Below are positions 48,736 to 61,587 of a DNA stretch of 64,000 nt, one piece after another. Every line of letters starts with the position of its first letter. Within the stretch, counting starts at the first letter, position 1. A program made the position numbers and the translations under genes. This DNA is from Azolla caroliniana (lineage: Eukaryota; Plantae; Polypodiophyta), in assembly GCA_043228905.1 (NCBI GenBank), contig JBHGNT010000011.1, forward strand, positions 12,896,001 to 12,960,000, in the 5' to 3' direction. The notes beneath the pieces are model-generated. The model had not been told where the DNA came from, searched no databases, and saw nothing but the letters and a program-made list of their open reading frames with translations.

Positions 48736-48935
48736 AGATATGCATGTATACAGTGGTAAAACCTTAAAACACAAACATGTAGCAATTATTGAAACCCTTA
48801 CCAAACTTGCATATTATGTTGTTAATTGTCTTAGGATCTCCTTTCTTGTGTAAGTGGGAGTTAAAATTCTGATTACCTTCTGTTGGTTGCATTTGTTGCA
48901 GAAATTCATTGCCACATTTCTTTTAAATCTCTAGA

Positions 48936-51900
48936 ATGACAGACAAAGATAGTTTTGTGGTGGATTCAAATCTTCCGAATGGAAGTTCAAGTAGTACATC
49001 AAAATGGTTTGTTGGCCCAGAAAGGAAGTCAAGTCTGTCTTCTGTTGATTGGAGTAAAGCAAGAGATATGGCTCAGAACCAAGGTGATATTGATTCTTCT
49101 GATGATATGTTGAGTTCTCTCCTGGAAGAACATGTTGAATTGAAAGGTTTCTCGAGCTCATTACCAGCACTTCTTAATGAGAAATGTGAGTGCAGAAAAA
49201 AAACTTATAATCAGAAGCTCTGTGATTGTATGCATTGATTTGATTAGTTTTAAACCGTAAGCTATGTTGTGAACAGTAACAATCAGTTCAAGTATCGACC
49301 AGTCAGATGATCTACAAGTAGAGCTAGGGGATGCTGAGGAGCCTCTTGATCAAGAGATGATATCAAGGGCTATTGGAGACATTCTGCCAAACGACGATGA
49401 GCTTCTTGCTGGACTAACTTCCGGTTTTGCGAAATATATGATTGACGAGAATGAGGATGACTTGTTCAGTAGTGGTGGTGGCCTGGAGATGGATGGTGAA
49501 TCCCACGAAAGTTTTGGTATGTACATGAGCAGATTAGACGGATTTTATGGGTTAGCAAATTTTCACAGCCCCTCACCAACGGGGCCTGGATCCGTTGTTG
49601 GTGAGCATCCTTATGGAGAGCATCCCTCAAGAACCCTCTTTGTCCGGAACATCAATAGTAATGTTGAGGATGCTGAACTCCGAAGTTTATTCGAGGTATT
49701 CAACTACTTCAAACCATTTGTGTGAACCTATGCCATGCATAATCCTTTTAGAGCGAGAAACTAAATATGTTCTTGATTTGGTTGGGATAGCAATACGGTG
49801 ACATTCGAACTCTTTATACGGCATGCAAGCATCGTGGCTTTGTCATGATCTCATACTACGACATTCGAGCAGCTCGTAGTGCCATGCGTGCACTACAAAA
49901 TAAACCATTGAGGCGTAGGAAACTTGATATACATTTTTCAATTCCAAAGGTATGGAGGTATTGAAATTGTTTTCATTTTGTTTTGGATTTTTGTGAATTA
50001 AACATTTCAGAAAATGGTAATGACAGTTTGATATCGTCTGTGACACAGGATAACCCATCTGATAAGGATATCAATCAGGGGACTCTTGTAGTATTTAATC
50101 TAGATGCATCTGTCTCAAATGAGGAGGTTCGTCAAATATTTGGGCATTATGGCGAAGTAAAAGAGGTATGCACATTTTAAGCTTATATTGCATTTCAAAT
50201 ACCAAAGACATTTTAAAGCTTATGGAGTTCCTTTGCATCTACAGATCCGCGAGACTCCTCACAAGCGTCACCACAAGTTCATCGAGTTTTATGATGTCAG
50301 AGCAGCAGAAGGAGCTTTAAGAGCATTGAATAGGAGTGATATTGCAGGAAAACGAATTAAGCTAGAGCCAAGTCGCCCTGGTGGTGCAAGGAGGAGGTAA
50401 ACAATTCTAGTTTTTAATATTAATCTAAAAGTGTATACATGCTTTTCAGTATGTATATAATATAGTTATATAGTATTTTAGAGCATGGTTTCTACTTGAC
50501 CAAGTGATGCTATTGTTTTGAGTGATGGAGAGCCTTTCATGTATCCATTGGAGGTTTTAAGACTGTAGGATTTGATTACATGAACATCCATGCAGGTGTT
50601 ATTTCTTTGTATATTGAAAACCAACTTGCATCCCACATGGATCACCATTTCATCCATTGTTTATGCATGCCTATGCTCGTATGCATCATATACCTATTTC
50701 TCTGTGCATCAATGCATGTTGTGTAGCTTTTCTGCACTGGCACATGTAATAAGCATTTGTTTTCTACTCAGTTTGATGCAGCAACTAAATCAGGACACTG
50801 ATCAAGATGATATACGATTGTATCGGCAGCAGTCAAGTTCGCCTATAACAAACTCTCCTCCAGGTCTCTCTCTCTCTCTGCATATATATTTATCATTGAA
50901 TACAAATTACTCTACAGGATAAAAATTTGTTGTAGAAAATTACGTCTATGAGTTTGATTCCAGTTGTTTCAGTTTTGATCAAGTCATTAATGATTATATA
51001 CAGGTCATTTTTCTTCTTGGGGACATTTTGGAAGTTCTCTTGAGAGTGGTTCCCACCGACCTCTTCATCATCCACTCGGCACTTCTGTACCCACAAACAA
51101 AAACCTTCCGAATTTACCAATTCCTCGAGTTGGGACAATTGGTAGTCACTTGGGGCGGAGTACTCAGATTGATGTAGGTTTAGCTTCTCTTCAGCCTGGT
51201 TCTCTTGGAGTGAAAGGAGTTCTGTCCCATCATGCTCACTCTCTGCCCGAGTACAGTAATGCCGTAATGCCCTTCTTTAATCCTTCAACATCGACTGCCA
51301 TAAGGGTTCCACCTAATGGACCTGAGAATGAAAGCTTGAGGCTTCCGAGGACAAGTAGTGAACTTTCTTTATTTGAACATGCCCCCGGAGGTAATATTGG
51401 TGCTTCTATATGAAAATGCAGAGACCTTAGTGAGATAGATAATAAAAAACACAGTGCTAGGTGTTCTTATAGATTATAACAGGTACCAAGTACAAATGCA
51501 CTTATAGATTATAACAGGGTACAAATGTGCTTATTCTATATGGATGAAAAATAGGGTAGAAATATGCTTATAGAAAAATAATATAAACAGCATACTAATC
51601 TCCCGCTGGATAGAAATTGGGTACGAAAATAATGTGCTCATAGATGAAAAGAGGGTGGTAAAATAATGTGCTCACAGATAAAACAGGGTACTCAACTACT
51701 GTGTTTATACTATATAGATAAAATCAGGGTACTAAACTAGTGTGCTCGTAGATAAAAACAGAGTACTAAACTAATCTGCGCATAGATGAAATATGATATC
51801 AAAATAATGTGCTTATAGATGAAACCAGGGTACTAAACTGATGTGCGACTTATTGGCCTAATCTGCTTGATTGGTTATGTTTGAATACAGGCCCGGGGAT

Positions 51901-53683
51901 GTCAAATGGTCAAGGACTGCATTCAGGATCTGTTGGAAGTGCATCATTATCAGGACCACAGTTTCTCTGGGGTAATTCTAGCACCACCTTCCAGCAGGAC
52001 TCTTCACCAATGGTCTGGTCAAACTCTTCCTCCATGGGACCCAACTTCAACCATGTGGGACATGCACGATCACAACCTTTTGGATATGCAAGGAATCATC
52101 CACATTATGTCAATAGCGGATTTCATTCCCATAGACATCATGGTGGATCTGCTCCATCAGGCGATCCTTCTTTTCTTGAAAGACAATTCGCTTATGTGCG
52201 TGAATCTCCTGATGCCACCTTTTTTGCTCCTGGTCCAACGAGTTCCATGAACACTGCTGGAGGTGGAATGATGAGTTTGTTAGGATCTCACAGTACAATA
52301 ACATCTAATGGGTTTTTTGAGAGCGGCACTTCTCCGAACCTGAGTGCGATGCCACCTCATCGTAGAGGACCCATGTTCCCACCGAATGGGATAGTCATAG
52401 GAAGTCCTTTTGACATGCTTGGTGATCGTGGACGTATTCGACGTATCGACAACAGTGTCTCTCAGGCTGACAACAAGAAGCAATTTCAACTTGATATTGA
52501 TCGCATCTTACGGGGTGAAGATAATCGGACAACTCTCATGATAAAGAACATACCAAATAAGTAAAAAAACGAAACCCATGATTTGTTTTTCTATATGCTT
52601 GCTTTCATTTTCATATGCTTTAATTGAATTCATATTTTTTTTTGATGAATTGAGTGGTGTTCTGACCAGATACACTTCAAAGATGCTCTTAGCTGCCATA
52701 GACGAGAATCACAAAGGCATGTACGATTTCTTGTATCTACCTATTGATTTCAAGGTAAATCTACTGATGCAAACATGGCGTATGGTCAATATTGATATAA
52801 TAGTTAATTGTTTTTCTGTATCTTTTACATCCCAATTGCGATGAACGATTGTATGCACCATCTTTGTACTAGTTCTGTTTGTGGTGTATTTATATATTTC
52901 CGTTAACATGAAGTTACTTCTCTTTTTCAGAACAAGTGCAATGTAGGGTATGCTTTTATAAACATGACTTCTCCGCAACACATAATTCCCCTTTATCAGG
53001 TATAAATATTGGAAAAAGAAACATAACAATTGCTGATGAAATATTCAAAAGTCTCAGTAAAAAATAAATATAATTGACAAAGGGATTTAAATGTTGATTA
53101 AAGATGAGACAAGACAGTGATTTCTGTTTTTCAATAAGAGGTTCTACATGAATTAAATATCCTTCTGTGTTTTGTCTTTTTTGCTTTCTTTAAATGTCAG
53201 TCTTTCAATGGGAAAAAGTGGGAGAAATTCAATAGCGAGAAGGTGGCGTCATTGGCATATGCTCGAATACAAGGAAAAATGGCGTTGGTTGCACATTTCC
53301 AAAACTCGAGCCTCATGAATGAGGATAAGAGATGCCGACCCATTCTCCTCAATTCCGAGTGCTCTGAGAACAATGAGCAGGTAAGGATCTGTATACTGAA
53401 ATCAAATAGCTACATCTATTCAAACAGCATGTTCATTCTTAGGAGAGCTGCAGATTCGTATTCTCTATTGTTTCCTTATTTATTGCTTGTGCTTTCTTCC
53501 TATTTTCTTTTTTTCCCTCTTTTCTGCAATGTTGTATCTTGGTTTTTTGGATTTTACCAGGAACTGATATACCTCGAAATTGGCACGAAGCCATTGGTGG
53601 TGGGTGATGCGGCAGATATAATCGATATTCAAGATGAGGGTGGTTCTAACTCAACATTGAGTTCGAATTCTCCCGACAAATAA
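48936..53683 (+). CDS. AML: MEI2-like (AML clade) RNA-binding protein with three RRMs. Predicted coding exons 48936-49185, 49277-49695, 49791-49949, 50049-50165, 50245-50396, 50772-50863, 51004-51390, 51891-52560, 52670-52754, 52931-52999, 53201-53380, 53561-53683
   Basis: Hallmark motifs LLP.DDELLAG-like ILPNDDELLAG, DLFSSGGGLE, GEHPYGEHPSRTLFVRNINSNVED, NQGTLVVFNLD, IRETPHKRHHKFIEFYDVRAAE, and RRM3 RTTLMIKNIPNKYTSKMLLAAIDE...[23 protein letters not shown]...WEKFNSEKVASLAYARIQGK..L..HFQNSSLMNEDKRCRP. Confidence 0.96.
51455..51850. repeat. Degenerate ~32-35 bp minisatellite filling an AML intron
   Basis: About a dozen variants of TGTGCT(T/C)ATAGAT(G/A)AAAACAGGGTACTAAACTAA. Confidence 0.8.
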
Positions 53684-55782
53684 TTTGATTGATTAATCAA
53701 CTAAATTGCCCAAGGATTTTTGGGTCATTTCCATTTACGTCCGACGTCATCAGTTCTATTTCTTGCTTTGTAGATGTGTAAAAAAAAATTACAAGGTGGT
53801 ATATATAGTGGGCTCTCGCTTGTCAACACAAGAAGGCCCCCTTTTTTGACAACCTTTTGTAGTAATACGAAAATAACAACATTCTATGACCATACATACA
53901 TATGTATGAGTGTATGGGAAAAGTATATAACGGTTAATTTATCAAGTGGAAACCAGCTTTTGTATGTAAAGAGGTGGACGTGGATTCGAGCTTGAGGCAT
54001 CATCAAAAGGTTTTGAAAAGGCGCACCTTTAATATGTGTATAGATTGAGGCTCGGGAACTCTCTTTGAATTGTACAGCTGCATTTGAGGAGTGACTTTTG
54101 TTGTCATTGAACTTGGGGTTTTTAGTTCTTGATGGTAAAAACATTGCCATGCCATTTTTAAAAAAAGGCTTCTAAGGAAAAAGCTTGTCTTTTTTGTTGT
54201 ATTTGGTTTTGTTTTAACGGGAAAAAACATTTCTCCTTTCAGACCAGACTTGCAATGTAATAGTGTTTTTAGATGCTGTAGTATTCGTCATGGGTAATAT
54301 GACTATTGTTTCTTAGAAATATCTGGCCTTGTTTCCTAATGGATGTTTTAAAAATGTCTCTAAAATAATAAATAGCCATTACAATCTAGTGGAAAAACAG
54401 CATACATTACATTGTATTCTGGACCACATGATGAGTTGCTATTGTGATGTTACCAATTCCTCTCTGAGTCACGTTTATGTTTTCTTTTTTATTTTAATTT
54501 CTATTTTGCAAATCCCTGATGAAATGTGTGCTCATTTGGAAGGGAAGTTAAGGATGTGCTGTATTTCAAATATATATACATCCAGACTATTCATCTAGCC
54601 TTCAAGATTAATGTGTTTGGAGTTCTTTTATGTACTTTGCATCGAACATAACTTTAAATAGCAAAGTTAAGTTTTTTGAATTACTAGGTCACATTTGAAA
54701 TCCATAGATGACATTAGAATCCATTTATAGTTGAGCTTATTGTATTGAAATCCCATGACTGGAGAAATAAATTAATAAAATTGGTTGTGCCACTTACAAT
54801 TTCTTGATGTAGACTTAAAACAACCAATAATAGACTTTTAGATATATGCCTTAAACAATAATACAGAACGCTCCACTTTTTCAACAACTTGGCATATGAA
54901 TTAGGTGCATGTCATTATGATATTAAACATTAATATATGGCAATATTTTTTCTTTTGAGGATGGACCAGACTCATGGCTAAACTAAAATGACACTTCAAA
55001 AATGTATACTTCTCAAGACTAAGTATATGACTTCCAGCTTGCATTGTTCAATTCTAGAATGTCGTTTCACTTTTCTTGCTTATTTGAATTTTCATAAGCC
55101 AGCACATACATTTCTACAAGGAATTAGCTTTGGGGATAAATAAATAAAAACAAACATTCCATATACCACCTCAAAGAATCATATGCCTGTAAAAAGGATA
55201 ATGGTTAGTTTTCGCACAACCATATTTTCAGCAGATTTAGACAATTCTAGAGAAAATAATATTACTTATGCGCTCTAATTCAAGTGAAGCTTATCAACAA
55301 CAATACAGATTTCAGCAATTCTACATGCCACACATTGTTCGAGAAGATTACAATGTCAGATACTATCCTAGTTCACTCATTTTACTGATAACAGACAACC
55401 ATAATAACCAATAGCTTTTCCAAAATTGCATCACAATGGAATTGGAACAAAATAATCAAATAATTGATCAAACCCGGTTAGTAACGAATTAATTTCACAT
55501 TTCCAACATTAAATAAAAACAACGGCAGCATTACCTTTTTAAGATTTCCATTTTTATTGGACTGTTAAAACGATATTTTAGCTACTTACATCTCCAACTG
55601 TATTCCTCTCACATATAATTTATAAGTAGAGTTTGGAGATCATACATTAGTATATGCCGAAGAGCCACGTACTCCAGGAAGATAGGAAAATAAGCAAAAG
55701 TAAAGATGCCCAAAATAGACTTCTCAAAATACATGGAATTGGTTGTAAAATGTATGAACAAAGACAGAGGCACCATCACCAA

Positions 55783-56097
55783 CTACCTTGGAATAGGTTT
55801 ATATAATACAACAGTGACATATTTCGCTCGATAACGATGAGTTAAACCAAGAGCAAGGACAGATTTAGCAATTTCTCCATTCTCAATGTAAAGATGGTTT
55901 AGAAGAACATGTGGAGGCTTTGACGTTGTATTGCCATAATCATCATGTTGTACATTTAGCAATGATCGTTGCTGAAGATGAGGAGGAATGGATGGAGGCT
56001 CCTTAGACTCATCGTCTATTCCAGGGAAGGGATTATCATATGTATCATCTGGAGAACCGGGAACTTCAAATCCTGCAGCGGCATTTATACTCTCCAT
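55783..56097 (-). CDS. KINB3: SnRK1 regulatory beta subunit, beta3-type (ASC domain only, no carbohydrate-binding module), 104 aa
   Basis: GFEVPGSP..TYDN, EPPSIPPHLQ, PPHVLLNHLYIEN and VLALGLTHRYRAKYVTVVLYKP match the AMPK/SnRK1 beta ASC domain and resemble Arabidopsis KINbeta3. An acceptor (TTAACAG) lies 9 nt upstream of the ATG and no CBM exons are visible upstream. The domain call is firm; the beta3 subtype is less certain. Confidence 0.85.
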   Translation of the reverse strand: MESINAAAGFEVPGSPDDTYDNPFPGIDDESKEPPSIPPHLQQRSLLNVQHDDYGNTTSKPPHVLLNHLYIENGEIAKSVLALGLTHRYRAKYVTVVLYKPIPR

Positions 56098-56867
56098 AAC
56101 AGGCTCCTGTTAATAAAATAGCATCTTGAGATAACTATAGGCCAAATTGTATTACAAAACAAGACATTATATGCTAAAGCACAATTGTGAAAGCATTGTC
56201 TTAATATGCATCATTTACAACACAAACCCTAAAGTCGTCCCAGGTTTCAGATTTGTTTTTTAATGAAACCTTAGCCTTGGCCTTCAAATTGAAGGCCTGT
56301 ATATAGGTCCATAAACGAAGCTATATATTAATCAACTTTGAGACGCATATATGAGGTCCGCAATCACAAATTCTAATATCAGGGGTCAGTGAAGTGGAAA
56401 ATAACATAACCAGATTGAAAATGACAGACACAAACACTAGGATCGCACATTTCACAATGCATGCACTTCATCGTTATTACCAAAAGAGCCTAGAGGGAGA
56501 CTTAGTGAAGCCAATTTCAATCAAATACACATACACCTAAGGAGGCAAATGAAGCTAATATCAAATGCTTAACCTTGTTTGGATGCAAGACATAAGTGCA
56601 TATGCAGCAACTCTAAATGCGAAGCAGAAGTGGTGATTCTAATGGCCAGCCATGATATACTATATTGGCAGCAGTCTCCACCATCATCTTTGCAGCATTC
56701 TTTGCCTATTTGTTTTGCCTTCATACTTCTGCACTAGTATATGCACATCATTTAAATTCTTTTTTAGCTTTCACAAAGAATTTCTGCTTCAGTTGAGTTT
56801 ACTATCTTTTTGTCTATATTTTGGTTTTGCATTCAGTTACTCTGGTGACAAGACATAATTTTATTAC

Positions 56868-57106
56868 GGAAACACTCCCAAATACCCCTAATTTTTTGTT
56901 ATTTCCACACCCTAGGTTAAACCCTGAAAGAGAGAAAACAGGGACGAATTGACCTATAATTCAAAATAGAAAATATAATAGGAAATAAGGGATGAATTGA
57001 ACGGTGAACCTATAATTGCTCTAGTATATATGGTTGCTCCTTCAGGGTTGAACTAGGGCATTTGGGGAAAGAAAGAGAAACTCGGAAGTATTTCAGAGTT
57101 TTTTCC
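56868..57106. mobile_element. Old Mutator-like MITE in the SnRK1 beta leader intron
   Basis: Degenerate TIRs GGAAACACTCCCAAATAC / GTATTTCAGAGTTTTTTCC and inner CTAGGTTAAACCCTGAA / TTCAGGGTTGAACTAGG. Similar flanks TTTTATTAC / TCTTATTAA. Confidence 0.55.
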
Positions 57107-57520
57107 TTCTTATTAACCTGTGCACCAGGGTTCAAATCTTATAGTTGCAATAATTTTTCTAGATGACACAGCAGAATGTAGAAGTTTATTTTCTTATTGT
57201 CATGGTTGCTTTGAGAAGGTAAATCTTTAAACCAGTTTCAATTGTGAGCTTACTCTCCAGCTTATCTTGAATATTGGGATTAATCTTATCTTGAAATGCA
57301 AACTAGGATATATCTTCTATTGGGATCAACCGTCAAAGTTGAAACAGACCATCTTATATTGAAATGTAAACTTGAACACTTCTGCTCAAGTTCGAGGGCA
57401 ATACCTTAAGATTCATGGGTCCATGGGACGGAATCATATCTCAAACTTTGAAGTTCTCATCCAAGTCCTTGAACAGATCGATCAATACATTCTATCAGGT
57501 AGACCCCATGATACATAGAC

Positions 57521-57527
57521 ATATATA

Positions 57528-57560
<33 letters not shown>

Positions 57561-57710
57561 ATATATGTATGTATGTATGTATGTATATATATGTATGTAT
57601 GTATAAATAAGCAAGAATATTCTATAGGATGCAAACATGGGTACCAAACATATGTCAATCGTTCATCTACACCACATTACACACATACATACATACATAC
57701 ATATATATAG
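57521..57710. repeat. (TA)n/(TATG)n and inverted (CATA)n microsatellites
   Basis: Visible runs at 57521-57605 and 57680-57709. AATATTCTATAGGATGCAA is repeated at ~57617 and ~57716. Confidence 0.9.
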
Positions 57711-57774
57711 ACGACAATATTCTATAGGATGCAAGTACAACAATGAGGCAGCCTAGATTATCATTCAGTACAGA

Positions 57775-58310
57775 CAAATCAACAGCAAAACAAAGACAAA
57801 AACCATCCAATTCCAGCTAATCAACAGCAATATGAAGAAAAAGCTATCCATTTCCTACAGGTTAACATCAGAATGAAGGGGGAAAGAGGTCCATTTTTAA
57901 CAATTTAACAATAAAAAAACATTCGAGTTTAGAAATATGAAAAGCAAAACGAAGAAAATTTAACCAGAAAGAAAACCATCCGTATCCAGCAATTAGACAC
58001 TAAATGATGAAAAACGCATATATTTGCAACAAGTTCGCATCAGAATGAAGAAGATGAAAAATCATCCGTTTTTCAACAAGTTAAACGTAGAATGAAGAAG
58101 AATAAAAAGCATCTATATCCGATAAATTAAAGTAAAGACCAAGGAAAGGATTAATCCATTTCCTGCAAAATTAAGAGCAAGATGACGAAGAAGACAAGAT
58201 GTTAACATAGGGATGATAGAAGAAATCCATCCATGTCCTACAAATTGAAATCAAAATGGAAGAAGAACATCAATCATTTCCAACAAGATAACATCACAAT
58301 GAAGGAAGGA
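57775..58310. repeat. Degenerate ~40-bp minisatellite in the SnRK1 beta leader intron
   Basis: Repeated variants of ATCCATTTCCAACAAGTTAACATCAGAATGAAGAAGAAAA. Confidence 0.65.
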
Positions 58311-58617
58311 TGTAATGGTAGCTTGAGGGAATGAATGAAGAAACGAACGACTAACTTGCATATAAGAAATAGATAGACCATAAATTGTAGCAGGAAGGTA
58401 CCAAACAGGTGAAAGGCGGTGCTAAAAAATGTGTCTAAAAGTAGGAAGGGGCTGGATGAAGGAAGTAGTATTAAAAACATGGGTAAAAGGGAGGACGGAG
58501 AAAGATCCATTAGAAAGGGGGAGAGAGGGACAGAGAGCGTTTACCGTAAAAAATGAAAGGAGCCAAGAAGGTTCATTTGAGGGGAGAGAACGCCATAGCC
58601 TGCGGAGGAGAAGCTTT

Positions 58618-58655
<38 letters not shown>

Positions 58656-58789
58656 GAGAGGGACACAGAGAGGAGAGGAAAGTGGTAGTGTGTAGTGTGT
58701 AGAGAAGAGAAGAGGAAGAGAGAGAGAGAGAGAGAGAGAACAGGGTACTCTTTTGTCTCTCTCTTTTCTCTCTCTCTCTCTCTCTCTGT

Positions 58790-59385
58790 ATGTTATGTAT
58801 GTATGTATGTATGTACGTGTGTGTGTGTGTGTATGTATGTAGGAGTATGTGTGTGTATGTATGTATGTATGTGTGTGTGTGTGTTGTATGTATGTATGTA
58901 TGTATGTATGTACATATGTAAGTATGTGTATGTACGTATGTATGCATGCATGTATTATGTAGGGGTTGTGTGTGTGTATGTAGGTGTGTGTATGTATGTA
59001 TGTACATATGTAAGTATGTATATGTAAGTATGTATGTATGCATGCATGTATGTATTATGTAGGGGTTGTGTGTGTATGTAGGTGTGTAGGTGTGTGTGTA
59101 TGTGTGTATGTGTGTATGTATGTATGTATGTATGTGTGTATGTATGTATGTATGTATGTATGTATGTATGTATGTATGTATGTATGTATGTATGTATGTA
59201 TGTATGTGTGTGTGTGTGTATGTGTGTATGTATGTATGCATGCATGCATGCATGCATGCATGCATGCATGTGTGTATGCATGTGTGTGTGTATGTATGTA
59301 TGCATGTGTGTCTATGTATGCATGTGTGTGTGTGTGTCTATGTATGTATGCACGTACGTACATATGTATGTTTGCATGCATGTTG
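58790..59385. repeat. Large compound microsatellite (TATG)n/(TG)n/(CATG)n upstream of the SnRK1 beta gene
   Basis: About 600 bp of mostly alternating purine-pyrimidine sequence, including (CATG)8 at 59239-59270 and a duplicated CATGTATTATGTAGGGGTTGTG unit. Confidence 0.97.
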
Positions 59386-61587
59386 CGGAGAGACCGCGAG
59401 AGACTATTGTATAGAGTCAAACACACGTAAAGGCACAAACAATCAACCCCATGTATGTCCCCCCATGAGCTAATCGAAGTTGATCCACGCGCGACTTTTG
59501 GGACATTTCTCCCAAACGCCCTACCTAGTTGCGGTGTGTTGAGCGATCATTGTTCGTCGTGCATGTATAGTTAAAGCCTCCCTTCATGCCCAGCGACACA
59601 CTCATGGTATCAGCCATGTATCACTCAAAACATAAAAGAAAAAACAACCATGTATGCTCCTGCTTTTCTTTAGAGGGTTCTCTCTTTCGTGGTATCAGCT
59701 TCCGCAATCGACGCTTGTGCATATCATGTCCTGTCTAATTGCGGTATGTGGAGGAACCTTAAACTTGTGCAACATATTGTTTTTCGTATACACGGAACTA
59801 CGGTGGCATAATGCATTGATGTATAGAGTTTGGCCACTCAAAGAATATATATATATATGTATTTATATATTCATTGCATGCACAACTTGAACTTTTACGG
59901 TATTGTACCATAAAAGCTTCTATTGGCATTTAGCACCACCACCTATCAAAAAGATATTATTTGAGAAGTTCATATAAAAAAGATTTTGTATTTCAAGATG
60001 TTTTTCGTGCTTATTAGTATTGATGTAGGTTGAAGTTTTCTATTCATTGAAACTAATGGATGTTTATTGTTATTTCTCTTCTATATAGCTCGTTAGCGCA
60101 TTCGATGATCAGCAACATGGAACTAAATGGGATGTTTTTATTGTTATTTACTTCGACAAGAGACCTCGATCATATTAATCTATCATCTACATATAGAAAG
60201 GAAAAAAGAGAAACCACGCGAATATGCTTAGGCCTTAAAAGAATAATAAAGTCATAATAAAACTACACAATAATAAAGAAGTGGCTCATTGATCAACAAG
60301 ATCGCCAAAAAGGTATTATGGTTAACCCCCCAGCCATCAACCTTTATAGCATGCCCTATGCCAACAATAGAAGAGCCCTTGCTTTATTGGCTTTATTGCC
60401 TCTCTCGCTTTTTAGCTTTATTAGGTTATTACCTATAGCGGTGACCACACTAATGTTGCCCTTGAACCCTTTGTTAGTAATGTCACAAAGACTATTTGTC
60501 CTAACATTAGATAGCATTTCCCATAAAATGGTAATCCTCTACCATATACACTTGTGCAGTTTGTCGACCTCACCACTTGACTAAAGTGTAATGTAAAGTA
60601 TAATGACGTGTTCTCTTGTCTGGATATTGCATAAAGCTTTTCTAACTTATTAGGTACCATAACTAGCAAGAATCAACAAATATAACGAGGAGGCTTGATG
60701 AGTATGACACTAGCATCATGGACTAAGCTATCATGGCACACATTGTTTTTATTACAAACTTTGGTTACATAAAAGACAGATTTAATTCTGAAATTTTTGG
60801 TAGTAACTTTTCTAATTTCACGCCTTCTCCAAACTTTAGCATTTAATTTTGGCTTTTGCACACGTTTAATTCCTGACACACTCACAATACCTACATATGC
60901 TCAACAGAATTATATATATATATACGAGACACTCAAGCATATGTTGTGATGTGCAATCATCTCATGCTTGTATACATAATTAAAAAAATATACGCAAACA
61001 ATGTGCATGATTGCATTTTTTAGCATACCTGGCACCCTAAAATTTGGATAATTTTTACATGATAGAGCTCCACCCAAGGCCTAGTGCTCTAGCTAAACCC
61101 TATATCATAGGTATTTGAAAACAAAACAATGAAAGGAATAAGTAAATGAGTATCGATTGACATAAATTTAACAACATCATGTCAGTGTTGTTAGCATTGC
61201 CTTTTGTAAGGTAGTGTTATGGTTGCAACCCTTGGGTTGTGGAAAGCGAGGTTGTAAAGCCATATTTTCAAGAATAAAGGTTAGTTCATGATCATAGACC
61301 AAAGTGTTCGAAATTAGAAAGCAAAACTAAATGGATGAGCAAATAAGTATCAATCGACACACCAACAATGATGTCGTGTCAACAATGCCTTAATGAAATG
61401 CTATCGTTTTCAACCGTTCGGTGATTTTATAAATCCATATATTTACGAATAGAGCGGTACAAGCCTCTTTACAAGCAATGCTATTAGACTCATAAGTTAA
61501 GACTTGAACATATAATTTTAAGGTTACTATTTTGGACAAATGAAATTGGCAAAGGTCTATCATTGGCTAAGGGAAGTGGCTTTATGC

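Noticed and set aside
58573-59473. Cluster of long Cys/Met/Tyr/Val- or His/Thr-rich ORFs
   Set aside because: Translations of the (TATG)n/(TG)n microsatellite, which lacks stop codons.
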